A stretch of 64,000 bases of DNA from Candidatus Babeliales bacterium (GCA_016929235.1 JAFGJD010000004.1:256866-320865), one strand, 5' to 3'; positions 46,930 through 56,527 are shown, counted from the stretch's first letter. Translations and numbers: made by a program. The notes: generated by a model not told the origin, from the letters alone.

Positions 46930-48027
46930 ATGGAACAAGAAAAAATAAGCAAAGAACCCCCTAAGAAAGAGCGTAAATCAATGAAAACCTCTTTTTTCCC
47001 AGCGCGAAGATTATTTGGGTTTTTCTCAAATGATTTAGCCATTGATTTGGGTACAGCGAATACCGTTGTATATGTCCCTAAAAAGGGTATTGCATTAAAC
47101 GAACCATCTGTTGTCGCCGTTCGCGCAGATGCAACGCGACAAGTTCTTGCAGCAGGAAAAGCGGCGAAAGAAATGCTCGGGAAAACACCAGAGACAATTG
47201 TTGCATGCCGTCCAATGCGCGATGGCGTCATCTCTAATTTTGAACTGGCAGAAAGCATGCTTAGTTACTTTATTCGCGCTGTACAGGACCATCGACGCTC
47301 TCTTGTCCGCCCTCGTATGGTGATAGGTGTTCCTTCAGGTATAACTGAAGTAGAACTCCGTGCTGTTAAAGATTCTGCACGGCAAGCTGGAGCCCGCGAA
47401 GTCTTTACCATTCGCGAACCAATGGCAGCTGCAATTGGGGCAGGCCTAGATGTCCAAGAACCTTCAGGCAATTTGGTTATTGATATTGGCGGCGGAACAA
47501 CAGAAGTTGCTATTATATCTTTAGGTTCAGTTGTGTTCTGGCGTTCTATTCGCGTTGGTGGAGATGAAATGGATCGCTCAATTGTGAACTATGTCAAACG
47601 CAAATACAACCTGCTCATCGGTGAGCGCACTGCAGAACAAGTCAAAATCGAAATTGGATCAGTTGGGCTTGAAGGTGAAAAAAAGAGCATGCAAGTCAAG
47701 GGACGTGACTTAGTTACAGGTGTTCCAAAAACTATCACCTTGACCAGTCTCGAAGTAAATGAAGCGTTACTTGAAACGGTTAGTAGTATAGTTGAAGCTG
47801 CGCGTGTTGCTCTTGAAAATACTCCACCAGAGCTTTCATCTGACTTGGTCGACCGTGGTATTGTTATGGCAGGTGGAGGATCACTCCTCAAAGGACTTGA
47901 TGTGCTCCTTACAAAAGAAACAGGATTACCTGTTCGTATTGCAGAAGATCCACTCTTGTGTGTCGTTAAGGGCGCAGCGCGTGTTCTAGAAAATCTAGAC
48001 AAGTATCGCGAAGCGTTAATGAAATAG
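46930..48027 (+). CDS. mreB: rod-shape-determining actin homolog
   Basis: DLGTANTVVY, IDIGGGTTEVA and GIVMAGGGSLL motifs. N-terminal ~20-aa basic extension, so the start is uncertain. Confidence 0.95.
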   Translation: MEQEKISKEPPKKERKSMKTSFFPARRLFGFFSNDLAIDLGTANTVVYVPKKGIALNEPSVVAVRADATRQVLAAGKAAKEMLGKTPETIVACRPMRDGVISNFELAESMLSYFIRAVQDHRRSLVRPRMVIGVPSGITEVELRAVKDSARQAGAREVFTIREPMAAAIGAGLDVQEPSGNLVIDIGGGTTEVAIISLGSVVFWRSIRVGGDEMDRSIVNYVKRKYNLLIGERTAEQVKIEIGSVGLEGEKKSMQVKGRDLVTGVPKTITLTSLEVNEALLETVSSIVEAARVALENTPPELSSDLVDRGIVMAGGGSLLKGLDVLLTKETGLPVRIAEDPLLCVVKGAARVLENLDKYREALMK

Positions 48028-48030
48028 CTT

Positions 48031-48822
48031 ATGCGCAAGCCTCAGTTGGGTGGTATTACCGTCAAAAAAAAATACGGTCAGCACTTCCTTAAAGATCAGT
48101 CGGTGATACGTAGTATTATTTCTGCTGTTGAGCTAACAGATGATACATCTGTATTTGAGATAGGGTGTGGTGAAGGTATTTTAACGCGTGCAATCTTACA
48201 GACACCTGTCAAACGATTGTGGGTATTTGAGATTGATCAAGAATGGGCTGAGTATGTACGTACGTCAGTTACAGATGATCGCATAACGATCTTTAATGAA
48301 AACTTTCTCGATGTTGATTTGTTTGGGCGGTTATCTGAACACCAACCCTGGGTATTGCTTGCCAATCTTCCATATCAAGTTACGTTTCCGATTTTGCATA
48401 AGCTTCAAGCGCATCGTTCTTTGCTCAAAGAAGGTGTGATTATGATTCAGGAAGAGGTTGCGCAAAAGATTCTGAAAACATCAGGACGAGGGTATGGATA
48501 TCCTTCAATTTTTTTCCAACACTATTTTATATGGAAAAAATTAGATAAAGTTCTGCCGTCGGCATTTTATCCACCACCAAAAGTCGATTCGCGGTTGTTG
48601 TATTTTAAGCCAAAGCCAGATCCAGGACAGATTCCACGAGAAGAAGAGTTTTGGAACTTTATCAAGCATTGCTTTAGGCAACCGCGGCGGACGTTGCGGA
48701 ATAATCTTCAACAAACACACTATGATGTAGGTATGCTGTCGGATAAAGAACTTTCTTTACGTGCGCAACAGATGAGTAAGGATGATCTGATTACGATTTG
48801 GAAACGATTGATTACGGTATGA
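48031..48822 (+). CDS. rsmA: 16S rRNA (adenine1518/1519-N6)-dimethyltransferase
   Basis: KKYGQHFL, EIGCGEGILT and ANLPYQVT motifs. Confidence 0.9.
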   Translation: MRKPQLGGITVKKKYGQHFLKDQSVIRSIISAVELTDDTSVFEIGCGEGILTRAILQTPVKRLWVFEIDQEWAEYVRTSVTDDRITIFNENFLDVDLFGRLSEHQPWVLLANLPYQVTFPILHKLQAHRSLLKEGVIMIQEEVAQKILKTSGRGYGYPSIFFQHYFIWKKLDKVLPSAFYPPPKVDSRLLYFKPKPDPGQIPREEEFWNFIKHCFRQPRRTLRNNLQQTHYDVGMLSDKELSLRAQQMSKDDLITIWKRLITV

Positions 48823-50158
48823 TCGGTATACTGATTTCATCCTCTGTAAAGCAAAGGCCCTGCGCCTGTCGTTTTCTTGCGCCGCTTTGTTGTTTAGGAT
48901 GATAGACCGCAGGACGTGATTGGACTCGGGCAAGATTCCTTCTTCTATGTCCTTCTTTTTTAAGAGATTCTCCAGGTTTACACAAAGCAGCGATTGTTTG
49001 TAGTTGTCCAAATGCTTTGAGCTCTATGAATGATGTTTCCGTGTGCTTCAGGGATGGTTTTGTTCTTATGCGCATAATGTTTCTTTGTGGATGAAGTTCA
49101 ACAACAAGTTTTTGCCCTGTTTTTTGTGTCTCTAGTTGTTTGATGATGGCAGGAGTCACAGCTGCAAGGGGTGCCGGATAGAGAGGAAAGTTTTCTCGGT
49201 AATGTGATGCCCCCCCGCCTAAAAACCAGAGTTCGGTATGGCCTGGGCTGTAATTCCTTTTTTTGAATTTTTTATGACCGTGGGGATTATAGGCAAGGTC
49301 TTTAGCCGCTTGTTGATTATCTTTATATTTTGAACGTGGTTTATAAAAGTATGCCTTAATCTGTACTTGTGTTACATAGTCGGGCACGGTGAAGTTTGAC
49401 CGTGAATGGAAGCTTCGTTTTGCAAAAAACCGCTTAAATGAGAAGAAATCTTTGGTTTGAATTCGATCGAATGTAGAATAAAACACGTATACTTTTTTAA
49501 AGAGAGTATCTGCAACATACTTATCAGTTTCACAACAAATAGGGACACCTAACATAACGGCTTCATCGACATATAGATCATGTGATTGTTGTTCTTGTCG
49601 AACTTTTCCGAGGTTGAGCATAATATTTCCACCATGGCTATACGCCACGATCCTGAGTTTTGGTTGTGTGCCGTATCGATTTGTTAATTTTTTTATTTCC
49701 CGTGCAAGGCTATCGTATAATAGTTGTGCCTCTGCATAGCGAGTGCTTGCGCTTAATAATCCTGACCAGCCGAACGTATAGTAAAGATTGGTAGTTGGTG
49801 TGTCGTTAACGGTTTTAGTTACGTAATCATAGAGGGATGCGACGGCACATGCTCCAGACGGAGCTCCACCGGGATGTGCTTGAACTGGTTTGAGCCCTAA
49901 CCCTTGCATTGCTTGATTGTGTCTAAAGAATGGGTCGTTGCGTACTGCAGCGACAGCTCGATCATATGCGGAATCTTCTACATGATCACGCATCACATTG
50001 AGCAAGTCACTTGTACAAAACCTAGGCATTACAGCTCCGTGAATAAAGATTGTCATCCATACGGGGCATTCCCTCGGTGCTGGGTTAGCGTAGATTGATG
50101 TGGTGATCCCTACCATGGTGTAGAGCATCCATATGCATGATGGACGGCCCTTATTCAT
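48812..50158 (-). CDS. exported alpha/beta-hydrolase, lipase/esterase-like (paralog of 68..1039)
   Basis: 448-aa ORF. Signal-like WMLYTMVGITTSIYA. FGWSGLLS, AYSHGGNIMLNLG and GHTELW motifs. C-terminal ~130-aa basic extension that is absent from 68..1039. Confidence 0.6.
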   Translation of the reverse strand: MNKGRPSCIWMLYTMVGITTSIYANPAPRECPVWMTIFIHGAVMPRFCTSDLLNVMRDHVEDSAYDRAVAAVRNDPFFRHNQAMQGLGLKPVQAHPGGAPSGACAVASLYDYVTKTVNDTPTTNLYYTFGWSGLLSASTRYAEAQLLYDSLAREIKKLTNRYGTQPKLRIVAYSHGGNIMLNLGKVRQEQQSHDLYVDEAVMLGVPICCETDKYVADTLFKKVYVFYSTFDRIQTKDFFSFKRFFAKRSFHSRSNFTVPDYVTQVQIKAYFYKPRSKYKDNQQAAKDLAYNPHGHKKFKKRNYSPGHTELWFLGGGASHYRENFPLYPAPLAAVTPAIIKQLETQKTGQKLVVELHPQRNIMRIRTKPSLKHTETSFIELKAFGQLQTIAALCKPGESLKKEGHRRRNLARVQSRPAVYHPKQQSGARKRQAQGLCFTEDEISIPIIP

Positions 50159-50328
50159 AATGCTCCTTTATATGATGCGGACGGAAAGAAGCGTATCATG
50201 CCCCCTCATTTTAATATAAGCATGCCAGGAGCGACTCGTGCAAGGGTTTTACTGTTTTATTGAATGATATGGGGGTGTTTCTATAGGATACATGATGAAG
50301 ATTCATCAATGGAATAAGGAGGGGTCAT

Positions 50329-50997
50329 ATGATACTAAAACGCATGAGAGCGTGTCTTAAGCTTATTGGTCAATTTACAAAAGTCCTTATTAATATGACA
50401 TATGGTATGTGGAAGCTGTCGCGGCTCAAAGAGCCACGGGTTACTATTTTCGGTGGAAGTAAAGTTGGTCAGGGACATGTGTACTCGCGTAAAGCAATGG
50501 AGCTGGCACAAAAACTTGTTGATCATGGTATTTCCGTGTTGACGGGTGGTGGGGCCGGAGTTATGCAAGCAGCGAATTGTGGAGCTATTAGCGACGGCAC
50601 CAAAGAAATACGAAGTATGGGCATTGGATTGAAAAGTTTTGGCGATGACATTAACCAATGTGTTCAAGATTATGTGTTGATGAATCATTTCTTTTCAAGA
50701 AAGTGGTTATTGATTAACTACTCGGTTGGCCACGTATTTTTCCCTGGCGGATTTGGTACACTCGATGAGCTATCAGAGGTGGCAACACTCATTCAAACCC
50801 ATCAATTGGCATATAGTGTTCCAGTGATTTTGATTGGTGTAGAGTATTGGAAACCTTTGCTCGAATGGGCAAACAAGGCCGTATCGGAAGGACTCTTAAA
50901 AGAGAAAGATAGAGGCGTGCTTGTTGTGACTGATGATCTTGATGAGGCTCTGCGTATTTTAAAAGCACGATGCGATGTTGTAAAAATGAGCACATAA
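50329..50997 (+). CDS. LOG-family (TIGR00730) nucleotide phosphoribohydrolase-like protein
   Basis: GGGAGVMQAAN and PGGFGTLDEL motifs. AGGAGG Shine-Dalgarno sequence. Confidence 0.8.
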   Translation: MILKRMRACLKLIGQFTKVLINMTYGMWKLSRLKEPRVTIFGGSKVGQGHVYSRKAMELAQKLVDHGISVLTGGGAGVMQAANCGAISDGTKEIRSMGIGLKSFGDDINQCVQDYVLMNHFFSRKWLLINYSVGHVFFPGGFGTLDELSEVATLIQTHQLAYSVPVILIGVEYWKPLLEWANKAVSEGLLKEKDRGVLVVTDDLDEALRILKARCDVVKMST

Positions 50998-51028
50998 AGT
51001 TGCTGTGGGATGCGATATAGGAGGATGT

Positions 51029-51385
51029 ATGAATTCATTCTTGCTTGTAGGGGTTGGTGGCTTATTCGGAGCACTTACTCGCTATACATTCTGGGAGTAT
51101 GTTCCCATGAATATTTTGGCGAAAGTGCTTGTTATTAATATGGTTGGCTGTATGTTGACGAGCTTCATGTTTGCGTTTTATGGACATGATAACCCTGTCA
51201 CACTTTTTGCATGTGTTGGTTTTTTTGCCTCATTTACAGTTATTTGGCGTTTTATTCATGAGGTTGTTGAGCTGTGGGTGTACCAGTCTGCAGCAGCGGC
51301 ATTACTCTATATGGTACTCATGAATCTTGGTTGCATGCTTGCGGTGATGCTGGGACGGGCCCTGGCAGTGAGGGCAATGCTCTGA
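51029..51385 (+). CDS. crcB: fluoride ion channel CrcB/FluC
   Basis: GVGGLFGALTRY motif and 4 TM helices. ATG 51029 is preceded by AGGAGG at 5-nt spacing (the ORF track starts at GTG 51005). Confidence 0.85.
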   Translation: MNSFLLVGVGGLFGALTRYTFWEYVPMNILAKVLVINMVGCMLTSFMFAFYGHDNPVTLFACVGFFASFTVIWRFIHEVVELWVYQSAAAALLYMVLMNLGCMLAVMLGRALAVRAML

Positions 51386-52217
51386 TTGCATGGAGAACGC
51401 ATTCGAAATGGTGTGGCTCGGAAAACAGAACACTGTTCATACCGACTGAACGTGCGGCAAGAACATTGTCGGCCTTGTCATCAACAAAGATTGTTTGTTC
51501 TGCTTTAAGATCAAACGTGTCTAAAAAGAGAAGGTACATGCGCAGATCCGGCTTATGAAGATAGGTATATTCAGGCATTGGCATAAAAAAGCCATCGAAA
51601 TCGTCAAAGTAATCTGGGTACAATTCTTGAAATTCTTTGAATGTTGTTGAGCCAATGTTGGAGAGAAGATAAATTTCAAACCCGCGCTTTTTAAGTTCTT
51701 TGATTAGTTCAAATGTGCGTTTGATCGGAATTTGACAGTTGGCAATGCGATTGCCTTTATCTTGGAACTCTTTAAGTCCGGGATGAATTGTTCCGAGATC
51801 ATTGAGCACTTTTTCACCAACTTTACCGCTTGTTAGCGCACATATAATTCTAAAGGTGACTTTTGGGTTTAAAATGATGTTCCAGAGCCGTGGAGTCGTA
51901 AAAAAAAGTAAGAGAGCATTGGCAAGCATAGTAGGATAATCTGGTTTAAAGAGAACATGATGGAGATCAAACGCAAAAACTGTTTTATGTGGCCGTGCGG
52001 GACGAAGCGCAGTGAGATTTGATGCTTGATCTCGTTTGTACCAGGAGTATGCGGTATCAGTTCCGAATGTGGTAAGGCCAGTCATAATGGTTATTGGATT
52101 TGTTCCACATAGATATAGCATTGCGCCTAGAGTATTATATGCGTGTGTGCTGGTGTGAATGAAAAACGTCATTGCGGTGAGAATAACGATACGCTTCATA
52201 CTCCTCTCCTCGAGCAA
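51318..52217 (-). CDS. exported HAD-superfamily-like protein with atypical motif I
   Basis: Signal MKRIVILTAMTFFIHTSTHA. FDLHHVLF appears in place of DxDxT/V. LLSNIGS (motif II) and FVDDKADNV (motif IV) are present. The 3' end overlaps crcB by 68 nt. Confidence 0.5.
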   Translation of the reverse strand: MLEERSMKRIVILTAMTFFIHTSTHAYNTLGAMLYLCGTNPITIMTGLTTFGTDTAYSWYKRDQASNLTALRPARPHKTVFAFDLHHVLFKPDYPTMLANALLLFFTTPRLWNIILNPKVTFRIICALTSGKVGEKVLNDLGTIHPGLKEFQDKGNRIANCQIPIKRTFELIKELKKRGFEIYLLSNIGSTTFKEFQELYPDYFDDFDGFFMPMPEYTYLHKPDLRMYLLFLDTFDLKAEQTIFVDDKADNVLAARSVGMNSVLFSEPHHFECVLHAIRALPSLPGPVPASPQACNQDS

Positions 52218-52219
52218 GA

Positions 52220-52888
52220 TTACTTTTTAAGTAATCGTTTCAAATCGATTTCATAATATGATGTCACCACAAAATCGGCGTATTTTACTTGTTCTGGTTT
52301 GTTTGCGGAGTTCATACCAATACAAAACATGCCGGCTGCTTTTGCGGCACCAACTCCTGCAGCAGAATCTTCAATAGCGATGCAGTGCTTCGGAGTTAAG
52401 CGTAGTTGTTTTGCAGTGTACAAGTAAACAGCTGGATCTGGTTTACATGCATTATTGACGCGGGAGATATTATAAATATGTTTTCCAAAGAAGGTGTCGA
52501 GCTTAAGTTTTTTGTTAGTAACTTCCACTGTTTCATCAGATGCATTGGTGGCAATACCTGATTTGAGTTTGTATTTTTGAGTAATTGTTTGATGAAAATC
52601 TACAAACCCTTCAACAAATGAAATTTGCTGCTCATACAAGACATTAGCGATATCCACGAGCTCACGTACTAGTGATTGTACGCTCTCTGGGCGTTTGAGT
52701 TGATCTTTGATGACGTGGCAACATGGCTCGAGACCAGAACCACAGGTTGCGTCTAGGATGATGTGGATGGTTGTATCAGGAATTGAGGGATCCTTTTTTT
52801 TAAGCATTTGCTTAATGGCATCCTCCCAGATGTGCTCGGTTTGCACAATGGTGCCATCCATATCAAAAATGATTCCTTCATATTTCAT
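52220..52888 (-). CDS. HAD-IA family phosphatase (beta-phosphoglucomutase-like)
   Basis: Motif I IIFDMDGTIV, motif II GIATNAS, and motif IV AIEDSAAGVGAAKAAGM. Confidence 0.8.
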   Translation of the reverse strand: MKYEGIIFDMDGTIVQTEHIWEDAIKQMLKKKDPSIPDTTIHIILDATCGSGLEPCCHVIKDQLKRPESVQSLVRELVDIANVLYEQQISFVEGFVDFHQTITQKYKLKSGIATNASDETVEVTNKKLKLDTFFGKHIYNISRVNNACKPDPAVYLYTAKQLRLTPKHCIAIEDSAAGVGAAKAAGMFCIGMNSANKPEQVKYADFVVTSYYEIDLKRLLKK

Positions 52889-52982
52889 GATCTACCCCCT
52901 AAGTTCCATATTTTCATCTCTTTGCTATACTCGTCCTATATCACAATGAACCCCATTTTTCACGGTTACTTGAGTATAGATT

Positions 52983-53645
52983 ATGATACAACTAAAACGA
53001 TTCCAATACCTGATATCGTCTGGCGCTTTCCTTAGTGTACTGGCTTTAGCGGGGTATTTTAAAGTAAGTTACCTTGTTGGGTCAAAAAATGCTTTTCTAT
53101 CAGGAACAGAGATTGTCAGCCCTCTTGCCGGTTGGTTTGGAGGATTATGGTGTGTTGGAGGACTATTTCTAGGGCGCTATCTTCTTTCAGGTCTTTCAAT
53201 CATGGCATTTCTTCTCCGGCGGTTGCCGGGTTTGTGTGGTGCGCTTTGTTGGGGAACTACGAATCGTATTGTGCGTGTTGGTATTCCGGTGGGGTGTATG
53301 ATTCTTTTTCATCTGCATCCAATTGGGCGTATGGTTTCACCGTACACCTGGTATTGGTTTATTCCTATTATCGTATATGGAATTCGTTCGACCTCTGTGT
53401 TTGGATTATCACTTGCTAATACGTTTGTATCCCATGCCGTTGGCTCTGTGGTGTGGTTATATACCATGCCCATGGCAGCGGAATATTGGTGGTTTTTGAT
53501 TCCAGTAGTTGCAGTTGAGCGTTGCGTAATCGCTAGTTGCATGGCAGGGCTGGTTAAGATAAGTGCGTTTATTCAATTGAAACTTCGCATGAACAGAACA
53601 TTACGGTATAGTGGGCATCGCATTCGGTCTACACACACGATCTAG
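52983..53645 (+). CDS. hypothetical polytopic membrane protein
   Basis: 220-aa ORF with about 6 hydrophobic helices. No recognisable family. Confidence 0.4.
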   Translation: MIQLKRFQYLISSGAFLSVLALAGYFKVSYLVGSKNAFLSGTEIVSPLAGWFGGLWCVGGLFLGRYLLSGLSIMAFLLRRLPGLCGALCWGTTNRIVRVGIPVGCMILFHLHPIGRMVSPYTWYWFIPIIVYGIRSTSVFGLSLANTFVSHAVGSVVWLYTMPMAAEYWWFLIPVVAVERCVIASCMAGLVKISAFIQLKLRMNRTLRYSGHRIRSTHTI

Positions 53646-53656
53646 AGGTTGAGAGG

Positions 53657-54346
53657 ATGGTGAATCACATCGCATTAATTATGGATGGTAATCGTCGCTG
53701 GGCGAAGAAACGAGCTTTCGTTCCATGGCGTGGCCATCGGGAGGGTGTTGAAGCGGTGCGTCGAGTAGTGGAGTATAGTGCCAACCGCAATATCAAGCAT
53801 CTTTCTTTATATGCGTTTTCTTTGGAAAATTTTAAGCGATCCAAAGAGGAGGTTGGTTACCTTTTTGATCTTGTATTAGAGTTTGCAAAAGAAACATTAC
53901 AGGAATTTATTAAAGAAAAGATTCGAGTTCGATTTGTAGGTGATCGTTCCTTATTCCCAAAACATGTTCTTCCTGCACTGGAAGAATTAGAAGAACAAAC
54001 AAAAAATTTCGATCGATTATCGGTTCATTTTTTATTCTGTTATGGCGGACGTCAAGAATTGATAGCGGCAGGGCGTTGTCTTGCCGATAAGGTTCAGCGT
54101 GGTGAGCTCGCACCAGAACATGTGACCGAGGATACATTTGTGTCGTGTCTATGGACGCATGGGATACCTGATGCAGATCTCATTATACGAACGGGAGGCC
54201 AACATAGATTGAGTAATTTTTTGCCATATCAAAGCACCTACAGTGAGTTGTATTTTACGGACATGTTCTGGCCAGATATTCAGGCGCGGGATCTTGACGC
54301 TGTGTTGGAATGGTATGAACAGGTAAAAAGGAATTTTGGTAAATGA
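53657..54346 (+). CDS. uppS: undecaprenyl-diphosphate synthase (isoprenyl transferase)
   Basis: HIALIMDGNRRWA, LIIRTGGQHRLSNFL and WPD motifs. Confidence 0.95.
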   Translation: MVNHIALIMDGNRRWAKKRAFVPWRGHREGVEAVRRVVEYSANRNIKHLSLYAFSLENFKRSKEEVGYLFDLVLEFAKETLQEFIKEKIRVRFVGDRSLFPKHVLPALEELEEQTKNFDRLSVHFLFCYGGRQELIAAGRCLADKVQRGELAPEHVTEDTFVSCLWTHGIPDADLIIRTGGQHRLSNFLPYQSTYSELYFTDMFWPDIQARDLDAVLEWYEQVKRNFGK

Positions 54347-55338
54347 AAACCGTCTGCATGCTAGGTGAGGGGGCATGGGGGACAGCGGTGGCAACTGTAC
54401 TTGCGCACAACGGCATCAAGGTAAAGCTATGGTGCCAGGATCCATCAGTTGCCAACTGCATCAAAACTCAACATCGTAATGAGCGTTATTTCCCATACTT
54501 TGCATTGAATTCACTGATAGAACCCGTTACTGATATCAAACAGGCACTTTCTGGTGTAACGTATGTATTTGTATCAACGCCGGTTAAGTATTTTCGATCA
54601 GTGTTAGAACAAGCAGGCGATTCAATCTATGAAGATCAAATATGGATCTGCTTGAACAAGGGAATTGAAAATGAGACGCTCTTGTTCCCTTCTCAAATCA
54701 TAAACGATGTGTGTGATTGCTCGGTGCGAACTGCTGTTTTGGCCGGTCCTAGTTTTGCATATGATCTAGCTGCCAAGCGAGTGACGGCAGTGACTATTGC
54801 TGCTGATGATTGTGATTTAGCCAGTCAAATCCAAGGACTTATGGCTAATGAATATTTTCGACCTTATACCACTGATGACATAGTAGGCGTACAGCTTGGT
54901 GCTGCATTGAAAAATGTTATGGCGCTTGCTGTTGGTATTGCTGATGGTGCAGGTATGACTGACAATACGACGGCATTTCTGTTAACACGAGGTATTTCAG
55001 AAATTGCTCAACTAGTAAAGCGACGAGGTGGTCGTATACAGACTGTATATGGGTTATCAGGTATAGGCGATACGATTATGACAGCAATGAGTAAATTAAG
55101 TCGCAATCGTCAGGTTGGTTTGCTTTTGGGGCAGGGTAAGAGCTTGGCAACCATACAACAGGAACGACCGGTTCTTCCTGAGGGAATCAATACGGTGCGT
55201 TCTATGTACCAGATGATGGAGCGTCATGGTCTTGAGTTGCCGATTTGTCATGGTGTGTACAACATAGTATTTCACGGTTCAACGATCCATGAGCTGGTTG
55301 CATCACTTATGGCGCGGTCTTTAGAGCCAGAATGTTAA
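54343..55338 (+). CDS. gpsA: NAD(P)H-dependent glycerol-3-phosphate dehydrogenase
   Basis: N-terminal GEGAWGTAVA, and GAALKNVMALAVGIADG. ATGA overlap with uppS. Confidence 0.9.
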   Translation: MKTVCMLGEGAWGTAVATVLAHNGIKVKLWCQDPSVANCIKTQHRNERYFPYFALNSLIEPVTDIKQALSGVTYVFVSTPVKYFRSVLEQAGDSIYEDQIWICLNKGIENETLLFPSQIINDVCDCSVRTAVLAGPSFAYDLAAKRVTAVTIAADDCDLASQIQGLMANEYFRPYTTDDIVGVQLGAALKNVMALAVGIADGAGMTDNTTAFLLTRGISEIAQLVKRRGGRIQTVYGLSGIGDTIMTAMSKLSRNRQVGLLLGQGKSLATIQQERPVLPEGINTVRSMYQMMERHGLELPICHGVYNIVFHGSTIHELVASLMARSLEPEC

Positions 55339-55366
55339 AAAAGAGTCCCCGGAGGGACTCTTTTTA
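55337..55366. terminator. bidirectional rho-independent terminator
   Basis: AAAAAGAGTCCC-CGGA-GGGACTCTTTTT. Perfect 8-bp stem flanked by A and T runs, located between the convergent genes gpsA and 55386..55700. Confidence 0.75.
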
Positions 55367-55385
55367 TGCTTTGTATGTACTTAAT

Positions 55386-55700
55386 TTAGTCGTGTGCTGA
55401 TAAAGAGAGATTGCCGTGGAGTATTTCTGAATTTTGTACAAGTTCACGCATAGCTTTAACTGTTGTTCCGAGTTGCATCCATGTTGTTTCATCAAAGCTT
55501 TCAGCCTCTAGTGCTTCTAACAGGTTTGCTGCTTGATCTAAAAGTTGCGCCCATTCTTCCGCGTTCTTTTCGGTTGCGTCACGATGAATACTGAATGATA
55601 TTTCGAGAGTATTGATTTCATCTCCCTTATCGCGTAACTCTTGTGGTATTCCAGCGCATGCGTATGATCCAATTAGGGCAATTGCTAGTAGTTTCTTCAC
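55386..55700 (-). CDS. small secreted helical protein
   Basis: 104-aa ORF with signal MKKLLAIALIGSYACAG. Acidic helical body. Confidence 0.4.
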   Translation of the reverse strand: MKKLLAIALIGSYACAGIPQELRDKGDEINTLEISFSIHRDATEKNAEEWAQLLDQAANLLEALEAESFDETTWMQLGTTVKAMRELVQNSEILHGNLSLSAHD

Positions 55701-55759
55701 AGTCCGCTCCTTATAATAGTGGCGTCTAGATTAGATGCGGCGAGTGTAGCACAATCGGT

Positions 55760-56461
55760 TTAGGAATCAACTTGGAGCTGTACCGAAAGCGGTTGTGTCA
55801 GATCAACTAGGGATCCGGGAAGTGGTTTTTGGTCTAGTACAAGACAAGACCGACACACGTGATTAGCTCGTGGTTCTTTGCGATGCACAATGGTAAGTTG
55901 TGCTTGGTAATTTCCCAGCAACTCTTTGACCTCAGACAGTGGAATATTTTTGAAATCGGGAAACAGACATAGAGCATGTGAGCCGTCGCTGATGTACACA
56001 TCAACCGTATGCGCATCCAGCAACATTCCTGGTTCTGGTGATTGTCCGATGCACGTGTTTTGTGGGTGGTGGCCTTTGAGTGGGTAATATTTAGGTCGTA
56101 AGCCATGTCGCTTACAGTAGTCGTCTATGATCTTTTTTTGTTTTGTTTGAAAGTTTGGGGTTATTTTTTTTGGAGGTTTACGCGATAGAGTTAGAAAGAT
56201 TGGTTGGTTTTGTTTGATTCCGTGGTGTGCTGCGGGGGTTTGCTCAAGAACGGTTCCTTCTTCGAGGTCTACCTCTTCTCTGTATCCTGTAATTCTGAAC
56301 ATCAGGTTATGTTCTTCGGCAACCTGGGCTGCTTGTACCAATGAAAGCCCAATCACTTTTGGGGCATCATATTCTGGGACTGAAAGCATGCTATTGAGTA
56401 GCTGGTATCCCAGGGCAAAACATAAAAATGGTAATAACCACAGATAATGAGATAGGGTCAT
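55760..56461 (-). CDS. membrane-anchored stand-alone PASTA-domain protein
   Basis: ATG 56461 gives the TM helix YLWLLPFLCFALGYQLL. Three PASTA-like units follow; the first is PKVIGLSLVQAAQVAEEHNLMF...GTVLEQTPAAHHGIKQNQPIFLTLS. No kinase or transpeptidase domain. Confidence 0.6.
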   Translation of the reverse strand: MTLSHYLWLLPFLCFALGYQLLNSMLSVPEYDAPKVIGLSLVQAAQVAEEHNLMFRITGYREEVDLEEGTVLEQTPAAHHGIKQNQPIFLTLSRKPPKKITPNFQTKQKKIIDDYCKRHGLRPKYYPLKGHHPQNTCIGQSPEPGMLLDAHTVDVYISDGSHALCLFPDFKNIPLSEVKELLGNYQAQLTIVHRKEPRANHVCRSCLVLDQKPLPGSLVDLTQPLSVQLQVDS

Positions 56462-56527
56462 GTAACAGCTCCTTACAGGAGTGTAATGATACACAGAGAG
56501 TCAGTTTTTGCTACTACTGGAAGGTTA

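Noticed and set aside
50998-51028. Fluoride riboswitch upstream of crcB
   Set aside because: Only about 30 nt separate the LOG-family stop from the crcB start. That is too short, and the conserved riboswitch pseudoknot motifs are absent.
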